Shown one piece after another: positions 25,840 to 37,824 of a stretch of 64,000 nucleotides of DNA. The stretch is from Squalus acanthias. Taxonomy: Eukaryota. The stretch lies in NCBI GenBank assembly GCA_030390025.1, contig CM059438.1, positions 56,918,001 through 56,982,000 on the forward strand, given 5' to 3'. The position numbers and the translations under genes are program-made. Position 1 is the first letter of the stretch. Each line of letters opens with the position of its first letter. The notes under the pieces are model-generated. The model had not been told where the DNA came from, searched no databases, and saw only the letters and a program-made list of their open reading frames with translations.

Positions 25840-26146
25840 TGCTGCTGGCAAGGTACATTTTATTGCCCATCCCTAGTTGCTGAGAGAAAGTTGGTGATGA
25901 GCAATTGTTTTATGAGCGTTGTTTTTACAACTCTAGCTTGCTAGACCCTTTCAGAAGGCGTTAAAAGTCAACCATGTAGTGTGGGACTGGAGCCATGTGT
26001 AGGCCAGATCGGGCAGGTTCCCTTTCCTGAAGGACATGAGTGAACTAGTTGGGTTTTTACGACAATCTGGCTGCTTTTGTGCTCCTTTTTCTGATGCCAG
26101 CCCACAAATGACCAGATTTACTGACTTTAGTTTCACAGTCGAACCC
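25840..26146 (-). mobile_element. Old short (head + tail) derivative of the tRNA-headed LINE
   Basis: The LINE 3' tail (GGCAAGG...TTATTGCCCATCCCTAGTTGC) is joined to the LINE 5' UTR core (TCAACCA...GGGACTGGAG...GAAGGACATGAGTGAAC). Confidence 0.7.
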
Positions 26147-26754
26147 ACACGAGCAGTGTTTGTGCCGTAGAGTTTTGCCGATTGTGGTGTTGGAGCCATG
26201 CCAGTGGCACGGCAGAATATGTCTGATTATCGAGGGATCTTTGATTGCAGTGTCCCTGCGGAGAAATGATTGGCGCACCAAATTGTAAACTCCCACAAGG
26301 TGCGATGTGACTGGACTGGTCCGATAGTGACCCCGTGGGGGGAGTGGATGAGCCGGTGAGGCTCAGGCTTGACACAAGGGTTGTACGTCCAGGTCATTGA
26401 TGATGCCATGTGTGAAATCTGACGTACATTGGCTCCTGATAACCAACACCTATGTGGAAGCAATGAATGGTTCGTTCCATTTGTATAAACTTGTGCTCAT
26501 CACCTCCTGGTTTTCCTTGCAACCGAACGTGAAGTGTTTAAAATCTAAAATACTTTAATTCCACTCTCCTGTAGCACAAATCCCTGGGATTTGAACAGGC
26601 TCCTGTCTTAACGTGCTGTTCAGCAGCTTCCCTGAGCCATGTGATTGGATTAGTGACTGTTTGTTTTTACTTTAATTCTGCTGATTTACTGCGTATTATT
26701 AATAGTGCTACTGTACCTAGGACTGAGAAGGACCTAGGAGGAGAGAGCGTGGCA

Positions 26755-27240
26755 GCAATCACTCGGGCACTGGTCTCCCTTCCTCACCCTCCATAAACTT
26801 CAACTCATCCAAAACTCTGCTGCCTGTATCCTATCCCACACCAAGCCCCAGCTGCCCATCATCCCTACCTTCATTGGGGAACTGGGAGGTGATGTCTCAA
26901 ATTTAAAATTCTAATCCAGTGTTCAAATTGCTCCATGGCCTTGACCCTGCCTGTTTCTGTAACCTCCAGAGCTACAATACCTTCCCCTTTCCCCAAACTC
27001 TTTCTTCCTCTTGTGCATCCCCCTCTCCTTTAGCCCTGCCATTGGCAGCCCTGCCTTCAGCTGGCTCAGCCTGTGCTCTGGAATTTCCTCATTGAAACTC
27101 ACTTATTTGACCAAGCTTTTGGTTATCCCTCCTAATACCTTTCTTTGGCTTGGGATCTGTTTTTCTCCTTGCGCCTCTATGAAGCGCCTTGTGACATTTT
27201 TCTACATTAAAGGGATTATATAAATGCATGTTGTTGTATT
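26755..27240 (+). mobile_element. L2 LINE 3' fragment
   Basis: CTCCATAAACTTCAACTCATCCAAAACTCTGCTGCC (LHKLQLIQNSAA), TTTAAAATTCT, and tail TATAAATGCATGTTGTTG. Confidence 0.8.
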
Positions 27241-27909
27241 GAAGAAAGCATTTTGCCTGCATTATTTGTAATCCCTTGGGCAGATAACGGATTGTACAGA
27301 GAGTCTCACTCGAGAGACACCTGTCTATTTTTAAAAGCCAGCGATCCTGTTTCCCTGTCATGAGGTTTTTTTTGGTTTTGATCTTCATCTTGTATTAAGT
27401 GAGCTTCATGAATTCTTGCCTGAGTGCCATGGGCTGAGCTCTGGTGAAACTGCTCCACATACATACTGTCAAACCAGAGAGACTACTCGCTGATGGGCTC
27501 TTCCTTCCCTCCTGTTCTGCGTATTATTCATGAATATATGTTTGGTATCAGACCCTTCTCATCTTGCAGCCTAGCATTAACCAAATCTCTTATCTGCCTG
27601 AAAATACTCCAAATGTAGGGTGAATACCCAGTCGGACCCTCCTGAGGGAAATATTGAGCATTCATTGTGTCCGAGCCACACTCGATTGTTGCTCCTAGTG
27701 GGAATCCTTGCTCAGCAAGCATCACTCGCTACAATGGAAGGTTTTATTTTGTGCTGGAATCTTGATCAAAGAGCAAATGACTAACGGTCATTGTAAGCAG
27801 GTTGAGGCAGGACTGGTTCTACAGGTCACTGTGTGGAAACCCAACCTTTCTGCAGGATTTATTGCCAATCTGCACAGCAAAGTACAGTAACTTCCAAGAG
27901 TGCAAGATG

Positions 27910-28231
27910 TTTCTTTGTTCTTGAGATGTGGGTGATGGTGGCAAGCCTTGCATTTAGTGCCCATCCCTAGCTGGACTGAGTGGCTTGCTGGGCCACCTCG
28001 GAGGGCATTAAGTGTCGATCACATAGCATGGGACCAGAGTCACTAATTGGCCAGACTGGGTGGGAGTGGAGTGAACCAATGGGGTTTTTACAACAATCTG
28101 ACAGTTTTCGGGTCTTTTTTTTCTGGTGCCAGCCCACAAATGACCAGATTCATTGAATCCAGTTTCCCAGCTTTGAATTCGCAGCCTCTGGATTTCTAGT
28201 CCTGTACCGTAACCACTAGGCTACCATTCCC
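27910..28231 (-). mobile_element. Short (head + tail) derivative of the tRNA-headed LINE
   Basis: Tail GATGTGGGTG...GCCCATCCCTAG directly abuts the UTR core ACTGAGTGGCTTGCTGGGCC. The head end reads CTCTGGATTTCTAGTCC...AACCACTAGGCTACCATTCCC. Confidence 0.8.
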
Positions 28232-28536
28232 ACTATGGACTGGTACATGTTTCCTGTTCTGATAGTTATTTTGTACATTGAATCATTCAGTGATTTTTTT
28301 TTTTAGCAAAATGAGAAATAGACATGGCCGATCTTTGACCCCTCAGCTGCCACACTGCTTTGTGTCGGTGGATGGGGAGGAGTTTGAAAGCTGGAGGGGT
28401 GTAGCCTGAGCTGCAGCACTAGGGAGAGACTGTTTTTCTTTTAACAGTTTGAAACTGAGCCTGTGTGTTTTGGGGAGGAGATGCGTGAGGTGTCCAGGCC
28501 TGGTATGCTCATCCATCATTTTTTTTCTTTTGCCAG

Positions 28537-28738
28537 ATGAAGATTTCTTTCAACGATTCCAGCCTGCACACGACATTTGAGTACCCGTCTGAGAGCTCAC
28601 TCGTTCAAGAAGGAGAGTCCGAGGAGAGCGACGACGAGGAGGAAGAGCCGTCCTCGACATTCTTCTTCCCGCGTCCCAGCTATACCAGCTCTCCCACGAC
28701 TTCAAGCAGCCCCTTACGGACTAATACCCTAGCCTCAG
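28537..28738 (+). CDS. TPRN: Taperin, internal coding exon (exon 2 by vertebrate structure) with PP1-binding KISF motif
   Basis: TTTTTCTTTTGCCAG acceptor and G|GTATGT donor. MKISFNDSSLHTTFEYPSESSL plus an acidic run matches taperin KISFNDKSLQTTFEYPSESSL. Confidence 0.95.
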
Positions 28739-30485
28739 GTATGTGTCCCGAACGGGAGTGCATGGCAACTACCAGGGGGCAAGCCCCTGGAATCTCTGGT
28801 GAAGAGTACGTACCCAAATCCTCTTTCGCTACAGATGCCGACCGCCCTGTGAATGTCCAGTATTTTCTGTTTCAATCTCTGCCAACTGGGTGATGAGTTT
28901 GGGAGAGCTGCAATCCCTTGCACTCCTCACCCAGTTGTCAGATGGTCCACAGTAGATAAGTGCTCACAATTGAGCAGTAAACTGGCATTCTCCAGCAGAG
29001 AGCCCATAAAGATAGCTGCTGCAGGAACAAGTCATATCTGTGCAATCCGGGTGCTTTCAATGGAGATGAAAGCAGTGTGTTTGGCAGAGTAGAGGGGCAC
29101 TGACCCTGTACTTTATCTGACCTGGGAGTGCTTGATGCCAACAGAAATGGAAAAGTGTCCTGCTCCCAGCACAAATAAACCTCACCTTGATCACATTTCT
29201 TAATTTATATTTAAAAAAAAAAAGATGGAGAAAGAGCTCAATGGATTGGTTTGGTGAAACAGCTGTTTGAATCCTCCGACGAGCCCTCCATTGCGGGGCA
29301 CCTGTAGAGCAGTCATTCTGGTGTTGGAGGGTTGGAAAAAGATAAAGCGCAGCCATAGTCCCATCTTTACAAAACCAGCACATCCAGACTGGGAAGCAGG
29401 GATGTCCCTTTGACAAAGGGAGTCCCCCAGCTGATGTCTGCAGCGGGACTGAGTGGAGGAGGCGAGAAATGAAACCCAATAAAACAGCAACTGAAAAAAA
29501 AAATAACTTCAGACTAGGGTGAAACACTGGCTGAATGCAGTGTGATGGTGAGAGGGGCTCTCTATATACCTATAGGCTGTAGTATTAGACTGGTCTGTAT
29601 AGCACGGTGATGGTATAGAGAGGTTCTCACTAATGGGCTGTAGTACTAGACTGGTCTATACAGAACGGTGGTGATTAAAAGTGCACAGAGGTGGGGAGAA
29701 GTCACTGTTGGGTTTTTGTGGGGGTGAGAGTTCAGTGTTGTTGAAACCACAGCATAGACCTGTTCACTTTCCGTCACCTCAGTCATTCCTGCTGTTTATA
29801 TAGTTTGAACTTTGAGAACAATTATTTTGAACAATAAAAGTTGGGGTAAAAGTACAAATCTTAGTTTATTCTTGGTGAATGGCTTGCTCTGAACATTTAT
29901 TTTCATGAGAAATGTTCCCTCGTGGCAGGGTGTTGATCTGTTTGAGCCCAGCTTTGCGTTCCAGGCTGAACTGGAGCGACAGCACTGCCCAGTGGCTACA
30001 ATAGGGTACTGCAAATTTGTCCTTAAACACACAGATCAGCAAAGGAAACGAGAAAGAGAAATTGAAGGTGCATCAAAAAGAAAAGTTTGAAATAGGGATA
30101 GTAGATGAGCTGTTTTGATATTGGTGGTTTTGATGCTGCAGGGCAATTGTTTTTCTATTGACCATCTGGATCACAGAATGTGAAAGCAAGCAAGCCGGGC
30201 AACTTTCGATGTACACAGTTCTTGTGATGTGCACAGTGAGCCAGCTCCTGCAAGAGTAAATAGTGATTACTATTGAGTGAGAGACTGATGTGCCGGAGGG
30301 AGAGTGAATGAGATGCTTAAAAAAAAAAAAAAAAAAAAATATAAGAAAATGATGGGTGATAAATGCCATTTAGCTGGGTGCTTATCTATGGAGTTGGGTG
30401 TTTAATACAGGGTGAGCAGTGGAGTGTAGGTGGTGGGCACATCAGGCATTATTTAACTGGGAGTGGATCACCTATACTTAGCTGG

Positions 30486-30626
30486 GGTTGGGGCAGGTAG
30501 TGTTACAGTGGGTGTGGGTCAGTGGTTGGGGCAGGTAGTGTTAGTGGGTGTGGGTCAGTGGTTGGGGCAGGTAGTGTTACAGTGGGTGGGGCAGGTAGTG
30601 TTTTATAGTGGGTGTGGGTCAGTGGT
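30486..30626. repeat. G-rich ~36-38-bp tandem repeat (~4 imperfect copies)
   Basis: GGTTGGGGCAGGTAGTGTTACAGTGGGTGTGGGTCAGT units. Confidence 0.85.
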
Positions 30627-30629
30627 CAG

Positions 30630-31275
30630 AATCGGTGAGGTCCTCTCCATCACCAAGGCTGCCTACTTCCGTCTCCGTAACATTACCTGACTCCGCCCCT
30701 GCCTCAGTTTTGTTACCTCAAGACGTGACAATTCCAATGCTCTCCTGGCCAGCCTTGCATCTTCCACCCTCCATAAACTTGTGCTCATCCAAAACTCTGC
30801 TGCTCGTATCCTAACTCACACCAAGTCTCGTTCGCCCAGCACCCCTGTCCTTGCTGACCTACATTAGCTCCCGGTCTGGCAACGCTTCAATTTAAAAATT
30901 CTAAATCTTGTTTTCAAGTCTCTCCATGGCCTTGCCCCTCCCTATCCCTCTAATCTCCTCCAGCCCTCCAATCCTCAGAGATCTCCAATTCTGGCCTCTT
31001 GAGCATCCCAGATTTTCTTCGCTCCACCATTGGCGGCCGTGCCTTCAGCTGTCGAGGCCCTAAGCTCTGGAATTCCCTCCCTAAACCTCTCCACCTCACT
31101 CTCCTTTAAGACGCTCCCTAAAACCTATCTCCTATCCCTTTGACCAAGCTTGTGGTCCCCTGTCCTAATATCTCCTTATGTGGCTCGGTGTCAAATTTTG
31201 TTTGATAATCGGTCCTGTGAAGCGCCTGGGGACATTTTGCAATGTTAACAGCGCTATATAAATACAAGTTGTTTA
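30630..31275 (+). mobile_element. L2 LINE 3' fragment
   Basis: ITKAAYFRLRNI, LIQNSAARILTHTK, RSTIGGRAFS motifs and tail GCGCTATATAAATACAAGTTGTT. Confidence 0.85.
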
Positions 31276-31579
31276 ATCGGGTGTTGGTCAGTGGACATAA
31301 TGGAGAATTGATCGTGTGTCGTAGGCCCAGTCTTTCCACATCTGCCAGATGAAGACCTTGTTTGATTACTTCGGAGATTGCTGTGCACTGTTAAGGAGGT
31401 ACAATACAAAGCACACATAGCATTTCAATATGATGCTATCACTAGCTGGGACTTCACCAGGCAGTTCAGTACTGCCTTCACCTCACTCATTACTGGTTTG
31501 AAAACTTACCGAAATCAGATTTTCTTCCAAGGAGAAAAAACAGTTGCTGTTAATGTTCAGTCAGTGTGATTTTCATTGT

Positions 31580-33120
31580 CATAGAGTTATACAGCACAGA
31601 AAGAGGCCCATCGTGTCCGCGCCGGCCATCAAGCCCTGTCTATTCTAATCCCATTTTCCAGCACTTGGTCCGTAGCCTTGTATGCTATGGCGTTTCAAGT
31701 GCTCATCTAAATGCTTCTTGAATGTTGTGAGGGTTCCTGCCTCTACCACCCTTTCAGGCAGTGAGTTCCAGATTCCAACCACCCTCTGGGTGAAAAAGTT
31801 TTTCCTCAAATCCCCTCTAAACCTCCTGCCCCTTACCTTGAAACTATGCCCCCTGGTTATTGACCCCTCTACTAAGGGGAAAAGTTCCTTTCTATCTACC
31901 CTATCTATGCCCCTCATAATTTTGTACACCTCAATCAGGTCCCCCCTCAACCTTCTCTGCTCTAAGGAAAACAACCCCAGCCTGTCCAGTCTCTCTTCAT
32001 AACTGAAGCGCTGCAGCCAGGTAACATCCTGGTGAATCTCCTCTGCACCCTCTCCAATGCAATCACATCCTTCCTATAGTGTGGCGACCAGAACTGCACA
32101 CAGTATTCCAGCTGTGGCCTAACTAGCGTTTTGTACAGCTCCATCATAACCTCCCTGCTCTTGCCTTCATTAGCCGAGGTACAGAATATAAGTATCCCAT
32201 ATGCCTTTTTAACCACCTTATCTACCTATCCTGCTGCCTTCAGGGATCTATGTACATGCACACCAAGGTTCCTCTGTCCTTCCTAGGGTCCTACCATTCA
32301 TTGTGTATTCCCTTGCCTTGTTAGTCCTCCCAAAATGCATCACCTCACACTTTTCAGGGTTAAATTCCATTTGCCACTGTTCTGCCCATCTGACCAACCC
32401 GTCTATATCGTCCTGTAGCCTGAGGCTTCCCTCCTCTCTATTTACCACTCCACCAATTTTCGTGTCATCTGCGAACTTACTGATCATACCTCCTACATTC
32501 ATATCTAAAATCATTAATGTACACTACAAACAGCAAAGGACCCAGCACCGATCCCTGCGGTACACCACTGGACACAGGCTTCCAGTCGCAAAAACAACCT
32601 TCGACCAGCACCCTCTGCCTCCTGCCACTAAGCCAATTTTGGATCCAATGTGCCAAGTTGCCCTGGATCCCATGGGCGCTCTTACCTTCTTGACCAGTCC
32701 CCCATGTGGGACTTTGTCAAAAGCCTTACTGAAGTCCATGTAGACTACATCAACTGCACTACCCTCATCCACACACCTAGTCACCCCCTCGAAAAATTGG
32801 TTAGTAAATCTAATCAAATTGGTTAGACATGATCTCCCCCTGACAAAGCCATGCTGACTATCCTTGATTAATCCTTGCCTCTCCAAGTGGAGACTAATTC
32901 TGTCCCTCAGAATTTTTTCCAATAATTTCCCTACCACTGATGTTAGGCTCACTGGCCTGTAATTCCCTGGTTTATCCCTACTACCCTTCTTGAATAATGA
33001 TACTACGTTAGCTGTTCTCCAGTCCTCTGGCACCTTCCCTATGGCCAGAGAGGTTCTGAAAAATTGTCAGAGCCCCTGCAATCTCCTCCCTTGCCTCACA
33101 CAGCAGCCTGGGATACATCT
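31580..33120 (-). mobile_element. CR1/HER1-type LINE, 5'-truncated RT and C-terminus
   Basis: NYRPVSLTSVVGKLLE, QHGFVRGRSCLTNL, YMDFSKAFDKVPH, KFADDTK, LYKTLVRPQLEYCVQFWSP, RLRGDLIEVYKI. Confidence 0.95.
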
Positions 33121-33562
33121 CGATACATTGTGGTCTGTAGCAGTCTTTGATGTAATAACAGAGGGAGACACGGGTTATTTAAAGAAGGAATAAAAGAGCA
33201 GACATTGAGATATTTGATGTACATGCTGCCTTCAGACGGATCAGAGCCTGGCACTGGTGAACGGTCCACAGACTGCGTCACCTTCCCAACTTCAGTGTGA
33301 TTCCAGTCCTGTGAGATCCAAAGGTTTTGAGCTGCTTTGGTGTAAAGTTTCATGTGACGTACAGCAGTGCTCACCTGGTGGAGGTGTGCTCTGGGTTCAC
33401 GCACTCCACGGGATAATGTGCATTAAGGTTAGCAGTGCACACAACATGGTACCCAGGTGAGCCATTTCGGATCTGATGTGATTCCAGACTTTTCTCAAAG
33501 CTAATGATTTTTGTCCTTTCTTCCCTCTCCTCCTCTCGTTCCCCCTCCCACCTTTCATCCAG

Positions 33563-33690
33563 CCCTGTCAAACTACACTCCTAAACATGCAATGCCATTC
33601 AACACATGGCAGGAACAGAAGTTTGATGAAAATCTTTCTGGTAGGGACAGCTGTCTGCAGGATATAGAATCCACGACAGAGGATGACATG
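33563..33690 (+). CDS. TPRN: Taperin, penultimate coding exon
   Basis: CCTTTCATCCAG acceptor (phase 1, completing G+CC) and ATG|GTGAGT donor (phase 0). LSNYTPKHAMPFNTWQEQ matches taperin LSSYTPKHSVAFSKWQEQ. Confidence 0.95.
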
Positions 33691-35063
33691 GTGAGTTTGT
33701 GCAGCCATTGAGTTTGACTGCTGGGCTGTGTGAACACCAGATTCGGTGGTGTGTGTATCATGGGCTCATCACGTGACCATCCAGTTGAGATCCAAAACGC
33801 TGGCAGGAGAACCATGTGTATTCTGTAGCACGCTACATTGGTATGCGATGGGCTGTTGCATGCAGGAACGTGCTCTGGTCTGTAATGGTCCCAGTAACAT
33901 AGCAGGACCTCCTCGCTGCTCCTTCCTAAAGGAGCATCAGGAGCTAAATTCAAATGCAGAACCTTGAGGGTTGTAATCTCTGGATTACTACCCAAACCAT
34001 GATCTAACTGGCATAGGGACAAAGAGATCAGGAAAGTAAATACGTGGCTGAAAGACTGGTGTGGGAATTGGAGTTCCATTTCATGGGACACTGGCACTAG
34101 TACTGGGATAGGAGGGAACTGTATTGCTGGGACAGGCTCCACCTGAACCGGGCTGGGACCAAGGTCCGAGTGGAAAGGATAAATAGGGCTGTAGAAAGGA
34201 CTTTAAACCCATAAGGGGGGGGGAGTTGGGGGTGTCGGGTATAAATAATAACCTAAAGATTAAAAAAAAAGTCAAGAGTACAAAAAGTGATAAAGATAAT
34301 ATAAATACTCAGGGAACAGAAAAGATTATAGGAAGTAATAATAAAATGTTAAAAATATGAAAAATGAAAACATATTAAATTGCTTGTATAGCAATGCACA
34401 GAGCATCAAAAACAAAGTGTGATCGGTCAAAAAATGTGACCTGAGCAGGATGGGGCCAGTTATCCAAATAAGAGTTCTTTACATAAATACACAGGAAATA
34501 AAACAGATGACTTAGAAGCACAAATACAGCTTAAAGGCTATGATGATGTAGTCATTACCTGGCTACAAGCTGGGAGTGAAATATTCCAGGCTATAGGATC
34601 TTCAGAAAGGACAGGGAATCTGGGGAAAAGAAGAGGAGTGGTAATATTGATAAGAGAGAAAATCACAGCAGTAGAAAGGGATTTCAGTAAGGGTGAGCAG
34701 GCAGTGGAAGCACTATATGGGTAGAATTAGGGAACAGCAAAGGATGCAAGACTGGTAGGAGTTGCTACAGACATCCTGACAGTAATGATGTAATGGGGGG
34801 TGTATAAATATAAATCAGAGAAGCATATAGCAAAAGCAAAGTGGTTATAATGGGAGATTTTAATTTTCAGAGACTGGGAGAAGCAGAACAGCACAGGTCA
34901 TGAAGGCAGCGAATTTCTAGAGTGTATTCGGGACAGTTTTCTCGAACAATATGTTTTAGAACCAACAAGGTAACTGGTCGTACCAGACTTGGTAATGAGT
35001 AATGAGCCAGAGTTCGGTAACAATCTGATGGTAAGGGAGTATCTTGCAAACAGTGACCATAAT

Positions 35064-35809
35064 GGGCCGAAAATTGATCCCGGGACGCGAGAGTACGCAC
35101 TGCGTACTCTCGCGTATTCCCACTCCAATTGCCAGTTTTCTGCATGCCCTGCGCATGCGCTGAAAACCGGCAATTGCTCTTCTGAAAAGGGGGCGGGGCC
35201 TGGGTGCATCGCGTGCGCGCTACAGGCTGCGCGCACGCTGTGCACTTCATGCTTTGGATGCGCAGGTAAGTAGGGAAGATTTTGGAAATGTAAAAAGGAG
35301 GAGTAAGACCCGCTTTTAAGAAGGTAAGTAGTGAATTAAGTATTTTTTTGAATTTTTTTTTTACAGGTATATCTTTTTTATAGACTTTAAAGACAGGTAA
35401 GTTTATTTTTATAACTTTTTAAAAGATTTTAAATTTTTTCAAAAATTTAATTTTTTATTTAAAATGGTTAATTTAATTAACTATACTTATTTTATTAATG
35501 TGATGGTTTTTTTTTTTAAATTTAATTGAGGTTTAGCTGTTATTTTGGGGGGGTGTAAGATTCATAGATTTCACAGCCATGCTGTGAGACTTATGAATGG
35601 AAGATGGTGTGCTGCCATTGGCTCTAACTGAGTCACGTGATCCCACAGCTCGCACGAATTCACTACGCCGCTGGGATACGCAAGCCCAGCACAGCTGATG
35701 TCTGGAACATCAAGTTCGTGCGAGCTGGATCAGAAAAAGCATAAGCGAGGTGAGAGATCGCGGGGAAGGCTTACCCCCGCGGGAACAGAGCGAGATCAAT
35801 TTCTGGGCC
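35064..35809. mobile_element. MITE (PIF/Harbinger-like) nested in the CR1 endonuclease domain
   Basis: TIRs GGGCCGAAAATTGATC and GATCAATTTCTGGGCC (13/16). Splits CR1 SDHN|MIEF and leaves 3 extra bases (AAT left, ACT right), consistent with a 3-bp TSD carrying one mismatch. Confidence 0.85.
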
Positions 35810-36862
35810 ACTATGATTGAATTTGATACTAAGTTTGAGAGGGAGAATTACAAGGTTCAAATTTAAGTAAGGCAAACTCCAGAGGGTTGAGACGTAAATT
35901 AACCACAGTAACATGGGCTGAACTGTTAACAGATAAACAGTGGGAAGTATTCAGATAAGTATTTGGTACAATACAAAACCAGTACATATCCCTTAAACAA
36001 AACACTAGGGCAGTTAAGCAACCACCGTCAATGAATGAGGGAAGATACAGTTTCAAGCTAAAACCAAGGCTTACACAAATGAAAGGAAAAGTTGAAATCC
36101 AGCAGACTGGGTGAGTTATGAAAGCAACAAGTGGTTACAAAGAAAGTAATGTGAAAAAAGGGAGTATGAAAAAAACCTTGCAAAGGATATCAAAACTAAC
36201 AGTAAAAGTTTCTATAAATATATTCAGAGATAGTGGTAAATGGGAATGTGGGCCCATTAAAGACAGATGTAGGCGAGACTATAATGAACGATAAGGAAAT
36301 GGCAGACTTGTTAAATGAGTTCTTTGTATCCATCTTCACAGTGGAGGAAGAGGAGAGATTACCAGTGGTACAAGGGATCCTAAAAATAAAGCAAGGGCAG
36401 GAATTTAGTGGATTTAATACAAGCTTTTAAAAAAAATGGTAATAGAGAAAATGATGGAATTTAAGACTGGCAAATCTCCAGGACCTGATGGTTTCCACCC
36501 CAGGGGATTAAAAGAAATAGGTGAGGAAATTGCAGATGCGTCAATCATAATCTTCCAAAACACTCTTGTTTTGGGAATTGTGCTGTTGGATTGGAAAATT
36601 GCAAATGTCGTTCTATTATTTAAGAATGGAGGGAGAGAGAAACCAGGTAATTAGACCTGTCAGTCTAACCTCAGTTCTGGGAAAGTTACTGGAATCTGTC
36701 ATCAGACACAGATTGACTGAGCACTTGGACAAGTATGAGCTGATCAGAGAGATTGATCTGTGAAGGACAGTTCATATCTGACTAATCTAGTTAAGTTTTT
36801 GAGGAGGTCATGAAGATGGTGAATAGGGGAGGGTCTATGGATGTTGTCTATATGGACTTCCA

Positions 36863-37183
36863 TAAGAAATAGGAGCAGGAGTAAGCCATATGACCCCTCA
36901 AGCCTGCTCTGCCATTCAATAAGATCATGGCTGAACTTCTACATCAACTCCACTTTCCCGCACTATCCCCATATCCCTTAGTGCCCAAAAATCTATCGCT
37001 CCTGGTCTGAAATGCACTCATCGACTGAGCATCCACAACCTTATGGGGTAGAGAATTCCAAAGATTCACAACCCTCAGTGAAGAAATTTCTCCTCATCTC
37101 AGTCCCAAATGGCCGACCCCTTATCCTGAGACTATGACCTCTAGTTCGAGACTCTCCAGCCAGGGGAAATGGCCTCTCAGCAT
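36863..37183 (-). mobile_element. CR1 3' end fragment nested antisense in the host CR1 RT
   Basis: Splits host YMDF|QKAFD and is flanked by CTTCCA direct repeats (36857-36862, 37184-37189). Sequence is the reverse complement of the CR1 3' end seen at 1-545. Confidence 0.85.
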
Positions 37184-37761
37184 CTTCCAGAAGGCATTTG
37201 ATATTTCACACAAGAGACTATTATAAATTGATTAGGATGTAGGAGAAAGAGAGTAGGGATAAAAGGAACATTCTCTGATTATCAGGATGTGACGAGTGTT
37301 GTTTCCCAGGGATCTGTACCGGGTCCTCAGCTTTCACCATTTATCAATGACTTGGATGAAGGAATAGAGAGTTGTATATCCAAGTTTGCAGATGATACTA
37401 AGTTAGGAGGCACAGTAAGTTGTGTAGAAGGGAGCAGGAAGTTACAAAGGGACATACAGACTAAGTGAGTGGACAAAACTGTGGCAAATGGAGTTTAATG
37501 TTGGGAAATTTGAGGTCATCCACTTTGGATCCAAGAAAGATAAATTGGAATATTTTCTAAATGGTGAGAAACTAGGAACTATGGAGGAGGAAAGAGATTT
37601 GGGTCTCCATGTACACAAATCACAAAAAGTAATCAAAGACGGGCTGGATTCCAGATATAACCATCAAGGTTGCCTTTACCAGCTCCTCCCTGAATCCTGT
37701 ACTGTTCTATTGTATGTTAACTGGTGCCCAGTACTCACTTCTGTTCTATTTTTACCCTTAG

Positions 37762-37824
37762 CTCACACCAGTGGACAGCAGCTCTCACTCTGATTACAGC
37801 AGCGAGCCAGCGCTGTACTTCTGA
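37762..37824 (+). CDS. TPRN: Taperin, terminal coding exon (LTPVDSSSHSDYSSEPALYF*)
   Basis: TTTTTACCCTTAG acceptor, phase 0. Matches the taperin C-terminus LTPASQNDLSDFRSEPALYF. TGA at 37822-37824. Not shown in the ORF track. Confidence 0.95.
   Translation, partial: LTPVDSSSHSDYSSEPALYF

Larger units (their letters stand above)
33945..37640 (+). mobile_element. Decayed CR1 LINE (ORF1 SGNH-esterase end, EN, RT) with two nested insertions
   Basis: RVVISGLLP...NTWLKDWC...DRLHLN (ORF1 esterase), IMGDFNF, SDHN/MIEF, KSPGPDGFHPR, YMDF/QKAFD, KFADDTK, MEFNVGKFEVIHFG. Confidence 0.85.

Noticed and set aside
28739..28893. Read-through of the TPRN exon ORF into the intron (118-aa ORF)
   Set aside because: A good donor at 28739 and a phase-compatible next exon explain the structure; the extension runs into a repeat fragment.
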